A stretch of DNA of 64,000 bases from Convolutriloba macropyga (GCF_964194025.1 NC_134472.1:44330001-44394000), one strand, 5' to 3'. Counted from the stretch's first letter, positions 13,327 through 25,525 are shown. The notes: generated by a model not told the origin, from the letters alone. A program made the numbers and translations.

Positions 13327-14488
13327 AAAATAGTAATTTCGAACTTTATAACTATTAATAAGTAACCTTCAACCAGTTTAGTCGTTTTATAGCGCTTTTT
13401 TCCTAATTTTGGATCATTATTTCCTCTAGGTTGTTGGAATAGTGTTTTTTGTAGAAGGTTTATTGCTGCCGTCATCTTCTCAGCGGGCTATTACTGCGCT
13501 AATAGTTTGTTATAAATCAGAGAATTTTAATTGTATTGGGGTGTTATCTTTATTTTCCTATATTTGATTTTGGTCACGTCGAAGTGGAGTTAAAGAGAAT
13601 TGTTTTGCTACGTGATTTTGTCTCTTTATTTTTTAAGTAAATTGAGAAAACAGTGTCTGAACAAAAATTCCTTTTCTTGATTCGCGTGCAGAAATTAACT
13701 GCTTTTTCGAGATTTTTGATCTGATGTTTTTTTGCGAATCATTTTTCAAATCATTTCCCAGTTATTTCCCGATCTTTTTTGTTAAGTCAATGAAACTTTT
13801 TTTTTGATGTTCAGAATTTTCTATTCTTTTTCTCTGTTTTTTATTCTTTTTTTGTTGCAACCGATTTATCAGATTGCGCACCAAGAAATCAGAGAGGCCT
13901 TTCTACATCGACTTTACTACTCAGCCGCTGATCTTGTGTGCGCTCAATTGTTATTCTGTTTATCTATTGTGTGATACATTTTTCAATCACCCACGACTTT
14001 CTTCAATCAATGAAAGTAAATCTGTACTCACTTATAAATCTAAATTGAGAATATAAACAAATTGAGTGATTTTTGGTAGTTAGATATAGTTAGATTTTTA
14101 TGTTATCTAGCATGAGAGACTATCCTTGATAGCTACCGTGTATTTTATTGTTTCTGAGATTCGAGCCTTCTAACATTGAAGTCCGACGACCTATTGTGCC
14201 AACAGTTTATTTGCGGCCCGTTGATTTCTTCGGCTGCTCGTTGTATCCAGTTTTTCCTATTGCTTTTAATTTAAATTTTTTACTTATGTAGACGAGTCTA
14301 GCGCTTTCGCTTTCTTCAGTAAGTCTTTTATAGCTCAATCAACCTCGAAGTTTTAGTGTGTCTTTCCTATTTCACTGCGCTCCAATTTTTGCTTTAGTCT
14401 AAGTTTCTTTTATACTTATCTATAGAATGACAGTTGTGAATAATAATTTTCCCGCCCCATCAAATACAAAAAAATTTGTTGTGCTTAG

Positions 14489-14609
14489 ATACCAGATGAG
14501 GATTCACAAGAGACTGGTGGATTTAATGTCTCCCCCCGATGAGGTCAAACAGATCACCTCTATCTCAATTGACCCCGGAGTTGAGGTTGAAGTCACTATT
14601 CAGAACTAA
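14489..14609 (+). CDS. RPS20: 40S ribosomal protein S20, exon 3 (last)
   Basis: cttag|A completes split Arg codon; [12 protein letters not shown]...[18 protein letters not shown]-stop. Confidence 0.96.
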
Positions 14610-15092
14610 AACTGGACGGATAATTGCAGCCGATGAAATCAGTGTCGATGAAGAGCAAAAGGACGCCAAATGTTTGGATCTGTTCATTTGTTCTGGTGCA
14701 TTTCTGGTCAATTTGTGAAGTCGGATGCTTTTATATGAATTGATCAATTGTGTAAATGGTTGAAATTCATTAATTGACGGTTGCTTCACACGCTTTTCTG
14801 TTTCCTGTGTCAGTTCATAGTTAAGTGAATAACCTCTTTATCAAAGTTGCTAATCTATTTTTTTGATCATATTATCTGACGAATTTCAATTCTTATCGAG
14901 TGTTTTGGTACCCCGGCTTGGGCTTTCATTAACTGTTGAATGCGTATTTTCCAGTTATTAAATATAATGTAATGAGATATGTATAGTTGTAGGGGTTATT
15001 GTTCTCATGATGACTTTATTTTGAATGTTGAAGGATTTTTACGTGAATCTCTCTATTGAGCTGTGTGGTAAATTTCAGACTAGTTGGTAATA

Positions 15093-15239
15093 ATGTCTGC
15101 CGTGACTATTCACACTAGGAAGTTCAAGGTCAACAGACTGCTGGCCAGGAGGCAGATGTTAGTGGATGTGGTCCACCCCGGAATTGCCTGTCCATCTAAG
15201 GAGAAAGTGGCTTCCACTCTTTCCACCCTCTATCACAAG
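15093..15239 (+). CDS. RPS24: 40S ribosomal protein S24 (eS24), exon 1
   Basis: MSAVTIHTRKFKVNRLLARRQMLVDVVHPG...LYHK|gtaata; phase 0. Confidence 0.95.
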
Positions 15240-16284
15240 GTAATAACGCAGTCTTCATCCGATGATGTCCCATTCAGCTCTTAAATACACCTCTAACTGT
15301 AGATATACATCTCAAGAAATATTACTTCTTTTGGCTCAAAACATTTAGCTTATGGCTCAAGACAGCTCCCAGAATACGGAGTGATAGAATACTAGGGTTT
15401 CAAAATTAATATATGAAACCCGATTGTTGAATCTAATTTTTACTTCATTACATCCTTCTCTGCGTGCAAAAATTAGTGACCCGACAAGCGATCTAAAGGA
15501 CAATAGATCAAAAACAGAAAATTGGGATAATAGATCGAACATTAATTTCTGTTCTCATTGGCGGAAATTAAGCGTTATTTGCAAGCTGGCATAAAGTTAA
15601 CGCGTCTGGCCATGCCTTAGCGACTTGTGGGACTTCATATAAATCTATCACAACCGAACAATATCACGACCGAACATGTTATAATAAGTTTATAATAACA
15701 ACACTTAGATCTTGAGAGCGTTCAAAAATGGAACAAATTGCCCTCTTCAATAAGAACTCTTAACAGTAAAACTTGCTTTAAAAATGTTTAAACCGAGTTT
15801 TTGCTCGATCAGCACAAGGAAGTACCCGTTAGTAGACAAATAGGAGCCTTCAAATCCTATTTTTACCTATGAGAAAGAACAGCCACAATTTTAAGATTAT
15901 TATATTAATAACAATACTCATTAATTTATTTGAAACATTTGAAAGCATGTAGATATCTAACCTTAGGGTTATATTCTGAATAATTTACATATTTCAACAA
16001 AAAAATAAGTACCGACTGTATAATAAGTGAGCGCTTAAATCTTGATCAGCCAATACGCAACTTGAATTGGCCAATACTGTATATTGTCCTTCGATCCAAT
16101 GTCCTAGCACCCTAAAAATTGTATTATCAATTTTTCATAATTTGTGAAGCAATATTTGAGAAAACGTCCGAAATTAACCGACAATCAATTACTTATCTCA
16201 ATGTTGCATTGGAAGTGTGTTGCTAGCATTATTTATGCCATTATGACAAAATGACAGATGCTACTCAAAATCTACTGTGTTTAG

Positions 16285-16518
16285 GATGCTAAAAACGTGA
16301 TCTGCTACGGGTTCCAAACTCAATTTGGTGGTGGAAAGACCACAGGATTTGCATTGATCTACGATACAGCTGAGGATGCTAAGAAGTTCGAGCCCAAGCA
16401 CCGATTGGTGAGGAAAGGTCTGATCGAAGTGAAGAAAGGGAAAGAGGACGGTAGACGAGCTAAGAAGACTAAGAAGACCAACGCCAGAAAGGGCAAGAAG
16501 AAGCCGAAGAAGAATTAA
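16285..16518 (+). CDS. RPS24: 40S ribosomal protein S24, exon 2 (last)
   Basis: gtttag|[27 protein letters not shown]...KKFEPKHRL, Lys-rich tail, TAA. Confidence 0.96.
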   Translation, partial: DAKNVICYGFQTQFGGGKTTGFALIYDTAEDAKKFEPKHRLVRKGLIEVKKGKEDGRRAKKTKKTNARKGKKKPKKN

Positions 16519-16909
16519 TCGGCTTTCCCAATTTCGGTGGTTGCTTTCCAGTTCAGATTGGGCCATTTGCAATGTGAACAAAATTTTGACGACAGAAGTT
16601 GCTTCGTTTATTTCGAATCATGATTTTGTATGGCCAAATTTGGTTCACTTACTTTTTGAATTCACTTGAAATTTGAATATAATTTTAAGTGGACGTTTGT
16701 TTTGCACAGATGATCTGAATTTAGTTCAATCTGAGTGTCGTTTAAAATGCTGAGTCGGGAAACCGCTCTGTAAGTCAGTAGGTAATTGAAACGATGAGGA
16801 AGTAGGTAGTTGATGAAAGTTTTCGGACTATTCGATTTGTGCTACTTGCAATAACATAGCGAACTCGAGCAGTTGCCATGCTAGAACCAGACTAGGAGAT
16901 ACACTTCGG

Positions 16910-17373
16910 TACATGGGTTTGTATTGCATCTCTTTTGACAACAATATATTGCGGTGCTCTCGGCTTTTTTGTATTCTGACGCTCTTTTCCGTTTTACCAT
17001 TGTTCTACATTCTTTTGGTTAACTTTTTCAGTAACTTTTTCACGCTTGATCTCTTGCTTTTTGCGAGACCTAAATTGCTGGCATTCAGAGATTCTGTTGC
17101 TAAACCAAAATCGATTGTAAGATAAGAATGCACAAGGGCCTGATGGCCGAGTGGTCAATGCTTCATATTCGTACGCCCGAGATTGTGGTTCAAACCTATA
17201 CGTTGTCAATAACTTTTTTCGCCAATTGTTCTCTATGATACACCACCTTTGAATTAATTTTTAAAGGGTGCAGCAATAAATTTTTTCCAAGCCATCTCTG
17301 TATCTGTTTCTACCTTTATTTTACGGCACGCAATTCTATTTCGCTGCTATTCCGGCAGTCTGCCGGTTATGTT
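16910..17373 (+). mobile_element. HINE-like element containing a tRNA-like segment
   Basis: 3' end gctattccggcagtctgccggttatgtt shared with copies at about 4290, 27430 and 36325; 5' boundary approximate. Confidence 0.45.
17132..17207 (+). pseudogene. tRNA-derived (SINE-head-like) sequence
   Basis: A-box tggccgagtggt, B-box ggttcaaacc, downstream T-run; cloverleaf degenerate. Confidence 0.55.
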
Positions 17374-19495
17374 CTTACAAATTTTAAACATTTTTAGCTC
17401 TTTGGAAACCTAGTTTTATAAATATCGGCTTGAAAGTTTAAATTTTATTTCTTATGGATTATGTATTTTAGGAAGTAACTGAGAAGAATTTTTGGCCGAC
17501 TTTACCTGATTTTAAGCACGAGAGAAGTTAGACCTATGAACAGTCCGTGCCTTTGATCAATTGTTTTTAAACGTTCTTGAAAACGTTACCTACAGAAATG
17601 GCGTTAAAATCTTTTCGCTTGCAAATATCAAAATTGAGTGTATATACTAGGCGATTTGTTTGGTTAAACTTTAATTTTTGGTCATGACTTTGGAAGAGGA
17701 AATGGCCGCCTCATTTTCAAATTTCAAGCAATTAGTTTCATTTTTTTCCGTTTCTGCCCGTTAAAAACAATCCCCGTTTTGTTTTTGTTTGAATTCTCTG
17801 GAAACTTTTTCTTCATTAAATTTTAACGTTTAATGTTTTTGTTTTTTGAAAGTTTTGCTCCTGAATCATTTTTTTTCGACTATTATTCTTTATTTCGTCA
17901 TTATTTGTCGTCACTATTCTTTGCTCGTTATGTGGCACGTTAATCAGGATACAATTGAGCGGCTGTAGTACTCTTATCAAAAAAATGAAGTTTTAGTAAC
18001 CTAGGTTTTAGATCTCCTTTGAGCGCATGTGTGTAGTATTTATATTGTCTATGCTACGCGTGTTCTGTAATTTAAATAAAATAAAAAAGGCTGAGCTTTT
18101 GATTGATATATCTGAAAAGCATCAACCGCTAGCTTTCGAAAGACCAAGTAATTTTTTGTTAATTTTGCTCCAATATTACACCACATTTGTCGTTACTTTT
18201 TTGTGGTTCTGAGAGTACCAATAATGTTTGACAGTAGTTTCCTTATTTCAGAGTCTGCAAGTAAAGTATATTTCGACAGCCCCATTTCCAGTTACAAAAG
18301 AAACAATTTTTTCTCTTTTCTGTTCTCATTCTATTGCAATGTTTCGGCTGTATTTTTTCTGATGTTTTATTGACTCGTTTTTTCCCTAGTTTCTGAAATA
18401 GCATTTTTTGTTTTCAGTTCGAATGAATAACTATGTTTTCTATTGTTTTTTATTTCTGTCGAACAAAGTTTGGAGCAATTATTGAACTCATGTGTCTTTT
18501 GCGACTGGAAGGCATTTATTGATATTCTACAACTTTATTGCTGAATCAATTTTGTTTTTGACTTTAAGGTAATCTTTTAAATTAGTGTACGTCTTTTTTC
18601 ACTTTTTATTAAATTTTGCGTCCTTGACTTTTTACCCTCTGCGTGATCGAAAATAATTGCTCACTTATGAACAATTTATAGCAGCTAAACCCAATCGTCG
18701 CCAGTATACTACTAAAAGTCAAATGAAAAGTGTGCCAAAAAATTTTCACTTAAAATCTTAATTGTCGTTCGACATTATTAGCCATGTTTATGTTATTGTA
18801 TTATAATATCTTTGTTTAATTACAATTATTTTCTCTTATTCAGGCTAGAGAACTTGTTCAACCTCGTCGGTGGAAATTTCAATTAAATTCTCCGTTTAGT
18901 GAATGACTTTTTGACTTTGAAAAGTAGTTTTTGACTGAATGGCACATATAGATAACCTTTTTAGCCGTTTTTTTTGTCTAAGTGGCCCTATTTTTTTGCT
19001 TTTAATTTGGTTTCTCGTAGAAATAAATTTTATTCGATACTATATTGAAATGTCAACCTCGGAAATTGACGCAACAGTGTTTTGCAGAGCCTGAAAATGC
19101 GTTTCAAGATGAAAATTGGCACATATTTCTTGATTTTTTAGTTTTTTTTTGCTTTTTTTTCTATTAATTTCTTCATTTTTGGATCTTTTAACCGTTTTTT
19201 TGTCAATAATCAGTTAATAGTGCAACTTCTCTTTTATAATTCATATACTCAATGCCTCTTTCTACCTCGATTTAATCTTGTTTCAGTCATTTTTCGGCGT
19301 TAAGTGTTTGAAAAACAGTTAAAACTTTTTCATAAATGCAGTCTTAAAAGTTTTTTGAACATTTTTTGCAAAATGTTTCAGTATTTCGTATTTATGAATT
19401 CTGAATTTTTTGTTCTCTTCAGGAGGATAGATCTTTGTATCGGATGACTAGTTATCTTTTCTATGTCTTGAGTGCTGAACAATGAAATGTATTCG

Positions 19496-20300
19496 TTTTT
19501 CTTGAATTTTTTAAATTGATTTTTAACTTTCAAAAATCAAGAATGTCTTTGTTACGGTGTTCCTTACTTTGTGCCCATATTCCTCACATTCTAGTTAGTA
19601 TCATTCTAGCTTTGTCCTGGCACCTACATTTATTCTCGGTATATTGATTTTTTCAGTCGTTAAAAATGAATGGTTTCAGCTTTGGTTTCTTTGGTTTGCA
19701 GTTGATTTCATTCAACATAAGGAAGTACTGAGAGTTTGATAGCAAGCCTTTTCCAAAATTGCCACTTATGACTATTTACTGCAACTTTCTTGCCGCCTTG
19801 GTATTAATTTAAAGGATTTTTTGCCTTCGAATATTCTTCTGCTGCTGATGTCTTTTCTATGATCAGTTTAATTTTGAATTAGTATGAAATCATGTTGTCT
19901 AGCATATGTACAACAAGGAACAAGTGTGTGCTTTTTTGTCTTAGTTGCAGTGATTAGGAGTGTAATTATAGGTGTTTTCTGATTCTTAATTTTGAGCTTT
20001 CCTTTTGAAAAGATTTAACTTAGTTTCTAAGATTTTTATCTGGCGTTTGCTTCCGCGATCTTTTTCAGATTAGAATCATGAATTATTTGAGGGCAATTGA
20101 TAACCTTGTCAGCTTTTTCAGACTATCAGTTTGTTTACCACCTTAATTATTTCGGATTTTTTAACGTTACCAAACGTTTTCAATAATATAAAGTTTTGCT
20201 GGATTTTTCTCTTGGTGACAGTGGTTTAAGGTTTACCAATTTTTAGAGCAGACCTGGAGAAGTAGTGAGCTAATGGTTTAATACAAAAGGTAGTGGCTTC
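19496..20300. repeat. ~805-bp direct repeat, copy 1 (left of Copia insertion)
   Basis: tttttcttgaatttttt...ggtagtggcttc repeated at 26135-26940 with about 5 differences seen by eye. Confidence 0.93.
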
Positions 20301-20301
20301 A

Positions 20302-20615
20302 ACTCTACCTGAAACAACTTCTAGAGGATTTTGGCATCCAACAGAAACGTCCAATAGCAATTGGAGAAGACAACCAAAGTTGTATCAGACTCTGCCAAAA
20401 CCCAGTCATGCACAAAAGGAGCAAGCACATCGAAACAAAGTTTCACTTCATCCGGGACAAAACGGATGATGGGACTATTTCAATTCATTACGTTCCTACA
20501 GACAAAATGGCAGCGGACATCTTCACAAAGTCCTTACCCGTTTCGAAAGTGGAAACATTCAGAGCAGTTTTGATGGGAACAGACTCTACGCAATCAGCTC
20601 AAGTCTGAGTGGGGG
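20302..20615 (+). mobile_element. Orphan 3' pol (RNase H) fragment plus PPT of the same Copia family, abutting the 5' LTR
   Basis: Near-identical to about 25212-25525; encodes ...HKRSKHIETKFHFIRD...AADIFTKSL; ends in gagtggggg PPT. Confidence 0.93.
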
Positions 20616-21224
20616 TGTTAGAATTTCGATCAAACTATAGTCTTAAACTTAGTGAGAATTAGAAAGAAAGTTTGACTTACCAGATTAGAAAGACAAGCAA
20701 TATGATTTTGATCAAAGAAATTATATAAATGAATCGTCAAGAAATGGTGCTGAGAATCAATATTCGGTTCAAATTGGTGAATCTAGATAACTATTATTAG
20801 AGTTAGATTAAGTGATGTAAAATCTTCCCAGCATGTATTAAATGATGATGATATCTCCGGAAGTGTGAATGAATTCTTAGAAAAGTGCAAATGCATTCCA
20901 TTTATGGTTCCCTTTGCGACTGATTTGCAGAAGCAAACCATATTGGGTATCCCTTGCGACCCCAACTATAAATCACGGTGCTAAGATTAGTTTTGTATCT
21001 TGACTCTTTCACACTGATAATGGGTATATATACAGCTGATTTTTGAGTCCTTTTTCATCCCCAAATTCAAATCACCATCTTGATCTAATAATCAGATCTC
21101 TCCTGTAAATCTCTAAATTCTACTGTAAAATATCATTTTGTTATTCTCTCATTTTTGAGAAATTAATTCTTTTACTTAGTTAAAAACGCTTTTTATTCCG
21201 CTTGCGAAAGTCCATAACCCAACA
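20616..21224 (+). repeat. Copia 5' LTR (609 bp)
   Basis: tgttagaatttcg...ccataacccaaca; two differences from the 3' LTR seen by eye. Confidence 0.95.
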
Positions 21225-21238
21225 GGTTATGGGCCCAG
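21225..21238 (+). promoter_or_regulatory. Primer-binding site for internal half-tRNA-iMet priming
   Basis: GGTTATGGGCCCAG directly after the LTR, the PBS type known from Drosophila copia. Confidence 0.9.
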
Positions 21239-21356
21239 CAATTTTCTAAGTCATAAAATTAATTTCCAAAACAAAACTAATTTGTTGTTGACAGTCATAA
21301 TCCTTTTCTGCTTAGTACCTTTTCTTTTCACAACTGTTTTGCCTGCTCAAACTTCA

Positions 21357-22220
21357 ATGGATCAACAGACAGTGAAGCTGCTGACCTACACAGGAAAGGC
21401 ACAGGACTTTCCAATCTGGAGCACAAGATTTGTGGCGATGATGCAGACGAAGGGACTCTACAAATCACTACTGGGGACAGAGGAGCAACCCAATGAGCCT
21501 GCGCCACTGGCCAATGGGGCAACCAATGATGAAAAGAAGAACCACAAGGTGCTGAAGGATGCATATGAGAAGGAAGTTGCAGACATCAAGGAGAAACGGA
21601 ACAATGTGTGGTGCCATCTGGCACTGACTCTAGATGCAACAACCCTCATGCTGATGAGACATGACTGTGTGGGAGATGATGGCATTGGAGATGGAGCAAA
21701 GGCTTGGAAGCTTTTGCAGGAGAGATTTCAGAGTGTGGAGACGCCGACAGTGGTGACTTTAGTGGCACAGCTTGCTCGACTGCAGCTCGAGGATTCTGAG
21801 GATTTGGACAGCTTCTTCATCAGAGGACAGGAGTTGCTCACAAGGCTACAAGAAGCAGGGGAAGCAGTCTCAGAGACCCTCTTCAACGCCTTGGTCCCCA
21901 ATGGTCTGCCAATGAGGTATGAAAGTTTTGTTATACAGGAAAGCTTCAACCCGGCAACGAACTTCACAGAGTTGAGGAAAAGGCTGCAGAACTTTCATGA
22001 GAGCACGGTGCAGAGACACAAGGGACAAAGTGGTTCAGTGGCACTGGCAGTGAAGCGTGACTTCAAGAAGGGACCCAAGAAAGGAAACTGCTTTGTGTGT
22101 GGGATCCCTGGACACTTTGCCAAGGACTGCAGGAAGAAGGAGACAGCACAATGCAGCAAGTGTGGTGAGAAGGGTCACCTAGACGGCATGCAAGAGACAA
22201 AGAGATGGAGGCAAACATGA
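21357..22220 (+). CDS. gag: Copia Gag (frameshifted near the end)
   Basis: MDQQTV...; zinc knuckle CFVCGIPGHFAKDC; second knuckle CSKCGEKGHLD broken at about 22185. Confidence 0.88.
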   Translation: MDQQTVKLLTYTGKAQDFPIWSTRFVAMMQTKGLYKSLLGTEEQPNEPAPLANGATNDEKKNHKVLKDAYEKEVADIKEKRNNVWCHLALTLDATTLMLMRHDCVGDDGIGDGAKAWKLLQERFQSVETPTVVTLVAQLARLQLEDSEDLDSFFIRGQELLTRLQEAGEAVSETLFNALVPNGLPMRYESFVIQESFNPATNFTELRKRLQNFHESTVQRHKGQSGSVALAVKRDFKKGPKKGNCFVCGIPGHFAKDCRKKETAQCSKCGEKGHLDGMQETKRWRQT

Positions 22221-22224
22221 GTCA

Positions 22225-25200
22225 GTGGCAATGGGTCCAACATTGGCTACACCAGACGAGGAATGCTGGGCAGCTCTTACCCAGTGGAAGACAGCAGGCA
22301 TGCTAGTGGACAGTGGTTGTACAGATCACATAGTGACGAACATCGATGCGTTTCTGGACTTTGTGCCCATTCAATCAGTGGTCAGAAATCCCAACGGAGA
22401 GGCTTCCAGAGTGGTGGGCAGAGGCTGTGTGAGGATCAGCATACCCTCAAACAAAGGGGAATTCCAATGCGAACTCAAAAATGTTCTGTGTGTGCCGGAC
22501 TATTCTTCAAACCTCCTATCAGTCTCAAGATGCACGGAGTGGGGACATAGCTTCACTTTCGAGAGAGGAAATAGCTGCATGAAACTCCAGAAGGGAACTC
22601 GGGTAAAACTACCACAAGAAAATAATTTGTTTTACTTACCCTGCAGCGTTCTAGAATTCAAGATGAGTTCCAACAGCGTGAAACTTGACAGTGCAAGGAA
22701 GTGGCACAGACGATTGGGTCATTTGAATCAAGCGGATGTGGTCAGGAATGCACCAGAGACAGTGGGGGAACTCGATGATGTATGCAATGTGTGTGCATTG
22801 GCCAAGATCACAAAGACTCCGGTACCAAGAGTGGCAGAGACCCAAGCAGAAGAGAAGCTGGAGAGGGTGTTCACAGACGTGATGGGACCTTTCAGAGTAG
22901 AGTCACTGTCAGGGTTCCGGTTCTGCATAGTGTTTGCAGACCAATACACGAAGTTTGTGTCTGTGGACTTGCTTAAGGCAAAGAGTGAAGCACTGGCCAG
23001 CCTGAAGAAATTTGTTCTCAGTGTGGGGACGCCCAAGAAGCTGAGGCAAGACAATGCGAAGGAGTTTCTCTCAGAGCAGTTCGAGACGTACTGCTTAGAT
23101 GCAGGCATTCTACAGGAGAAGACCATACCAGAGACGCCACAACAGAATGGGTTAGCTGAGAGGTGCAACAGGACACTGCTGGAGATGGCAAGATGTTTGC
23201 TCATTGACTCAGGACTTCCAAAGATGATGTGGGGAGCAGCAATTCTTCACGCAGCAAGGATCAGAAACTTGGTTGTGAGACGAGGAGAAGAAAAATGCCC
23301 AGCAGAGCTGATGAGAGGTATAAAACCTAAGCTTCCAATTAGTAAATTATCTATTTTTGGTTGCACAGTCTTCATGAGGAAGAGGGACAGAGAAGTCAGC
23401 AAACTTGAACCCAAGGCACTGGAAGGAAAGTTTGTGGGTTACACTGAAGGAGAAAACGGATACCTGGTGTACATACCCAACACACGCAAGGTGATGGCAG
23501 TTCGAGATGTGATCATCAAGGAGTCTGAAGTGGGCTCAATCCCTGACAACAAAGAAACGGCGGACCTACTAGATGATGGGTCGGAACTGGGAATCTGGCA
23601 CCCAGATGATGGTCATCAAGATGATGACAACAGAGACAGACAGGACACATCTACTGCAATAAAGGAGGAGTGGCATGACGCAGGGAGCGTGAATACTCAA
23701 GAAACAACACTGAGACAAGAGGCCTCGGATGTTGGAGAAACAGCACTAGATGAAGGATCTACTGCAACAAGAGGGAGTCACAGTGACACAGAAGACTTCT
23801 CACAGTTAGAGACAGTTGGCTTCAATGAAGATGCACTGGAACACGCGGACAGAGCGGAGCCCAGACGAGGGACACGAGCAAGGAATGTTCCGCAATTTTT
23901 TGGAGAAGTCAGGACCCATCTTGCTGTGACTGAGGGCGACTATGTGGAACCCAAAACAGTCTACGAAGCCAAGCAAGGTGACGATTGGGACCAGTGGCAC
24001 CGGGCAATGAAGGACGAGGTCAAGGCACTCCAAGACAACGAGACTTGGAACCTAGTGAGACCACCCACAGACAGGGACGTCATACCGGGCAAATGGGTTT
24101 ACAAAGTGAAATTGGGACCCAGTGGTCAAGTGGACAAATACAAAGCGCGCTATGTGGCGAAAGGCTTCAAGCAAGTGGAAGGACTGGACTACTTTGAGAC
24201 TTTTGCGCCTACCTGTAAGCCAGAGACATTCAGGATTCTACTTCAGCTATCAGCGAAGCAAGGCCATGTGATGCACCAATTTGATGTCAAGACTGCTTTC
24301 CTGCACTCACCAATCGAGGAAGAAGTGTATCTGGAACAGCCACAGGAGTTTGTAAAACGCGGATCAGATGGGGAGAAGTTAGTATGTCGACTAAATAAAT
24401 CAATTTATGGTTTGAAACAGGCTGCTAACAACTGGTACAAAGAGCTGGCAAACTTCCTACTGAGACAGGGGTTCACCAGAAGCAGGAATGATCACTGCTT
24501 GTTCGCAAGATCAGAAGCAGAGGATCACACCTTCATCCTGGTCTGGGTTGACGACATCATAGTAGCATCAAGAAGTATGACAGTGGTCTCTGATGTCAAG
24601 AAGGCACTAGAAGCAACCTTTCACATGGAAGACAGAGGGAGACTACACTGGTTTCTGGGTCTAAGAATCAGACGAGAAGAGGGCAAAGTCACAGTCGACC
24701 AAGAACGCTACATAGAAACAATGCTTGAGCGGTTTCAAATGGATCAATGCAAACCCTCAAGAACTCCAGCTGATTTGAATTTGAAACTTCAGACAGCACA
24801 GAACGGAGACGAAGAAGTGGACCAGAGGATCTACAGAAGCTTGGTTGGATCACTTCTGTATCTGGCCAAACAGACGAGGCCAGACATCATGTTCACAGTC
24901 AACATTCTGTCCAGACACATGAATGCACCTACCAATCAACACTGGATGTGCGGAAAACGACTTCTGCGATATCTTCAAGGTTCAAAAGGTTTAAAACTTA
25001 CTTACACAAAAGAGGCTAGTTATGATTTAGTGGGGGAAAGTGATGCAGACTGGTCTGGAGACGTGAACGACAGAAAATCAACAACGGGCTATTACTTCAA
25101 GCTCAACGGACGTGGCGCAGCACTCAGCTGGGGTGTCAAGAAGCAGGCCACAGTTGCTCTTTCTTCATCAGAAGCAGAATATCAGGGCATGGCAGCAGCA

Positions 25201-25518
25201 GTTCAGGAAGCACTCTACCTGAAACAACTTCTAGAGGATTTTGGCATCCAACAGAAACGTCCAATAGCAATTGGAGAAGACAACCAAAGTTGTATCAGAC
25301 TCTGCCAAAACCCAGTCATGCACAAAAAGAGAGAGCACATCGAAACAAAGTTTCACTTCATCCGGGACAAAACGGAGGATGGGACTATTTCAATTCATTA
25401 CGTTCCTACAGACAAAATGGCAGCGGACATCTTCACAAAGTCCTTACCCGTTTCGAAAGTGGAAACATTCAGAGCAGTTTTGATGGGAACAGGCTCTACG
25501 CAATCAGCTCAAGTCTGA
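22225..25518 (+). CDS. pol: Copia Pol (protease, integrase, reverse transcriptase, RNase H)
   Basis: LVDSGCTDH protease; WHRRLGH...CNVC and DVMGP...QDNAKEF...PQQNGLAER integrase; YKARYVAKGF, DVKTAFLH, IYGLKQA, VWVDDII RT; SDADWSG, SSEAEY RNase H. Confidence 0.95.
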   Translation: MAMGPTLATPDEECWAALTQWKTAGMLVDSGCTDHIVTNIDAFLDFVPIQSVVRNPNGEASRVVGRGCVRISIPSNKGEFQCELKNVLCVPDYSSNLLSVSRCTEWGHSFTFERGNSCMKLQKGTRVKLPQENNLFYLPCSVLEFKMSSNSVKLDSARKWHRRLGHLNQADVVRNAPETVGELDDVCNVCALAKITKTPVPRVAETQAEEKLERVFTDVMGPFRVESLSGFRFCIVFADQYTKFVSVDLLKAKSEALASLKKFVLSVGTPKKLRQDNAKEFLSEQFETYCLDAGILQEKTIPETPQQNGLAERCNRTLLEMARCLLIDSGLPKMMWGAAILHAARIRNLVVRRGEEKCPAELMRGIKPKLPISKLSIFGCTVFMRKRDREVSKLEPKALEGKFVGYTEGENGYLVYIPNTRKVMAVRDVIIKESEVGSIPDNKETADLLDDGSELGIWHPDDGHQDDDNRDRQDTSTAIKEEWHDAGSVNTQETTLRQEASDVGETALDEGSTATRGSHSDTEDFSQLETVGFNEDALEHADRAEPRRGTRARNVPQFFGEVRTHLAVTEGDYVEPKTVYEAKQGDDWDQWHRAMKDEVKALQDNETWNLVRPPTDRDVIPGKWVYKVKLGPSGQVDKYKARYVAKGFKQVEGLDYFETFAPTCKPETFRILLQLSAKQGHVMHQFDVKTAFLHSPIEEEVYLEQPQEFVKRGSDGEKLVCRLNKSIYGLKQAANNWYKELANFLLRQGFTRSRNDHCLFARSEAEDHTFILVWVDDIIVASRSMTVVSDVKKALEATFHMEDRGRLHWFLGLRIRREEGKVTVDQERYIETMLERFQMDQCKPSRTPADLNLKLQTAQNGDEEVDQRIYRSLVGSLLYLAKQTRPDIMFTVNILSRHMNAPTNQHWMCGKRLLRYLQGSKGLKLTYTKEASYDLVGESDADWSGDVNDRKSTTGYYFKLNGRGAALSWGVKKQATVALSSSEAEYQGMAAAVQEALYLKQLLEDFGIQQKRPIAIGEDNQSCIRLCQNPVMHKKREHIETKFHFIRDKTEDGTISIHYVPTDKMAADIFTKSLPVSKVETFRAVLMGTGSTQSAQV

Positions 25519-25525
25519 GTGGGGG

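Noticed and set aside
15255-15400. Possible snoRNA in RPS24 intron (gatgatgt...)
   Set aside because: No D box (CTGA) at a suitable distance
16261-16581. 106-aa antisense ORF over RPS24 exon 2 (and similar antisense ORFs over Copia and MTHFR)
   Set aside because: Shadow ORFs of real coding sequence on the opposite strand
17560-19495. Decayed minus-strand retroelement ORF (zinc-knuckle-like traces nearby at about 19430-19600)
   Set aside because: Too degenerate to assign a family or boundaries
22185-22225. Programmed ribosomal frameshift between gag and pol
   Set aside because: The break falls inside a zinc knuckle that a 2-nt insertion repairs, and no slippery site is evident
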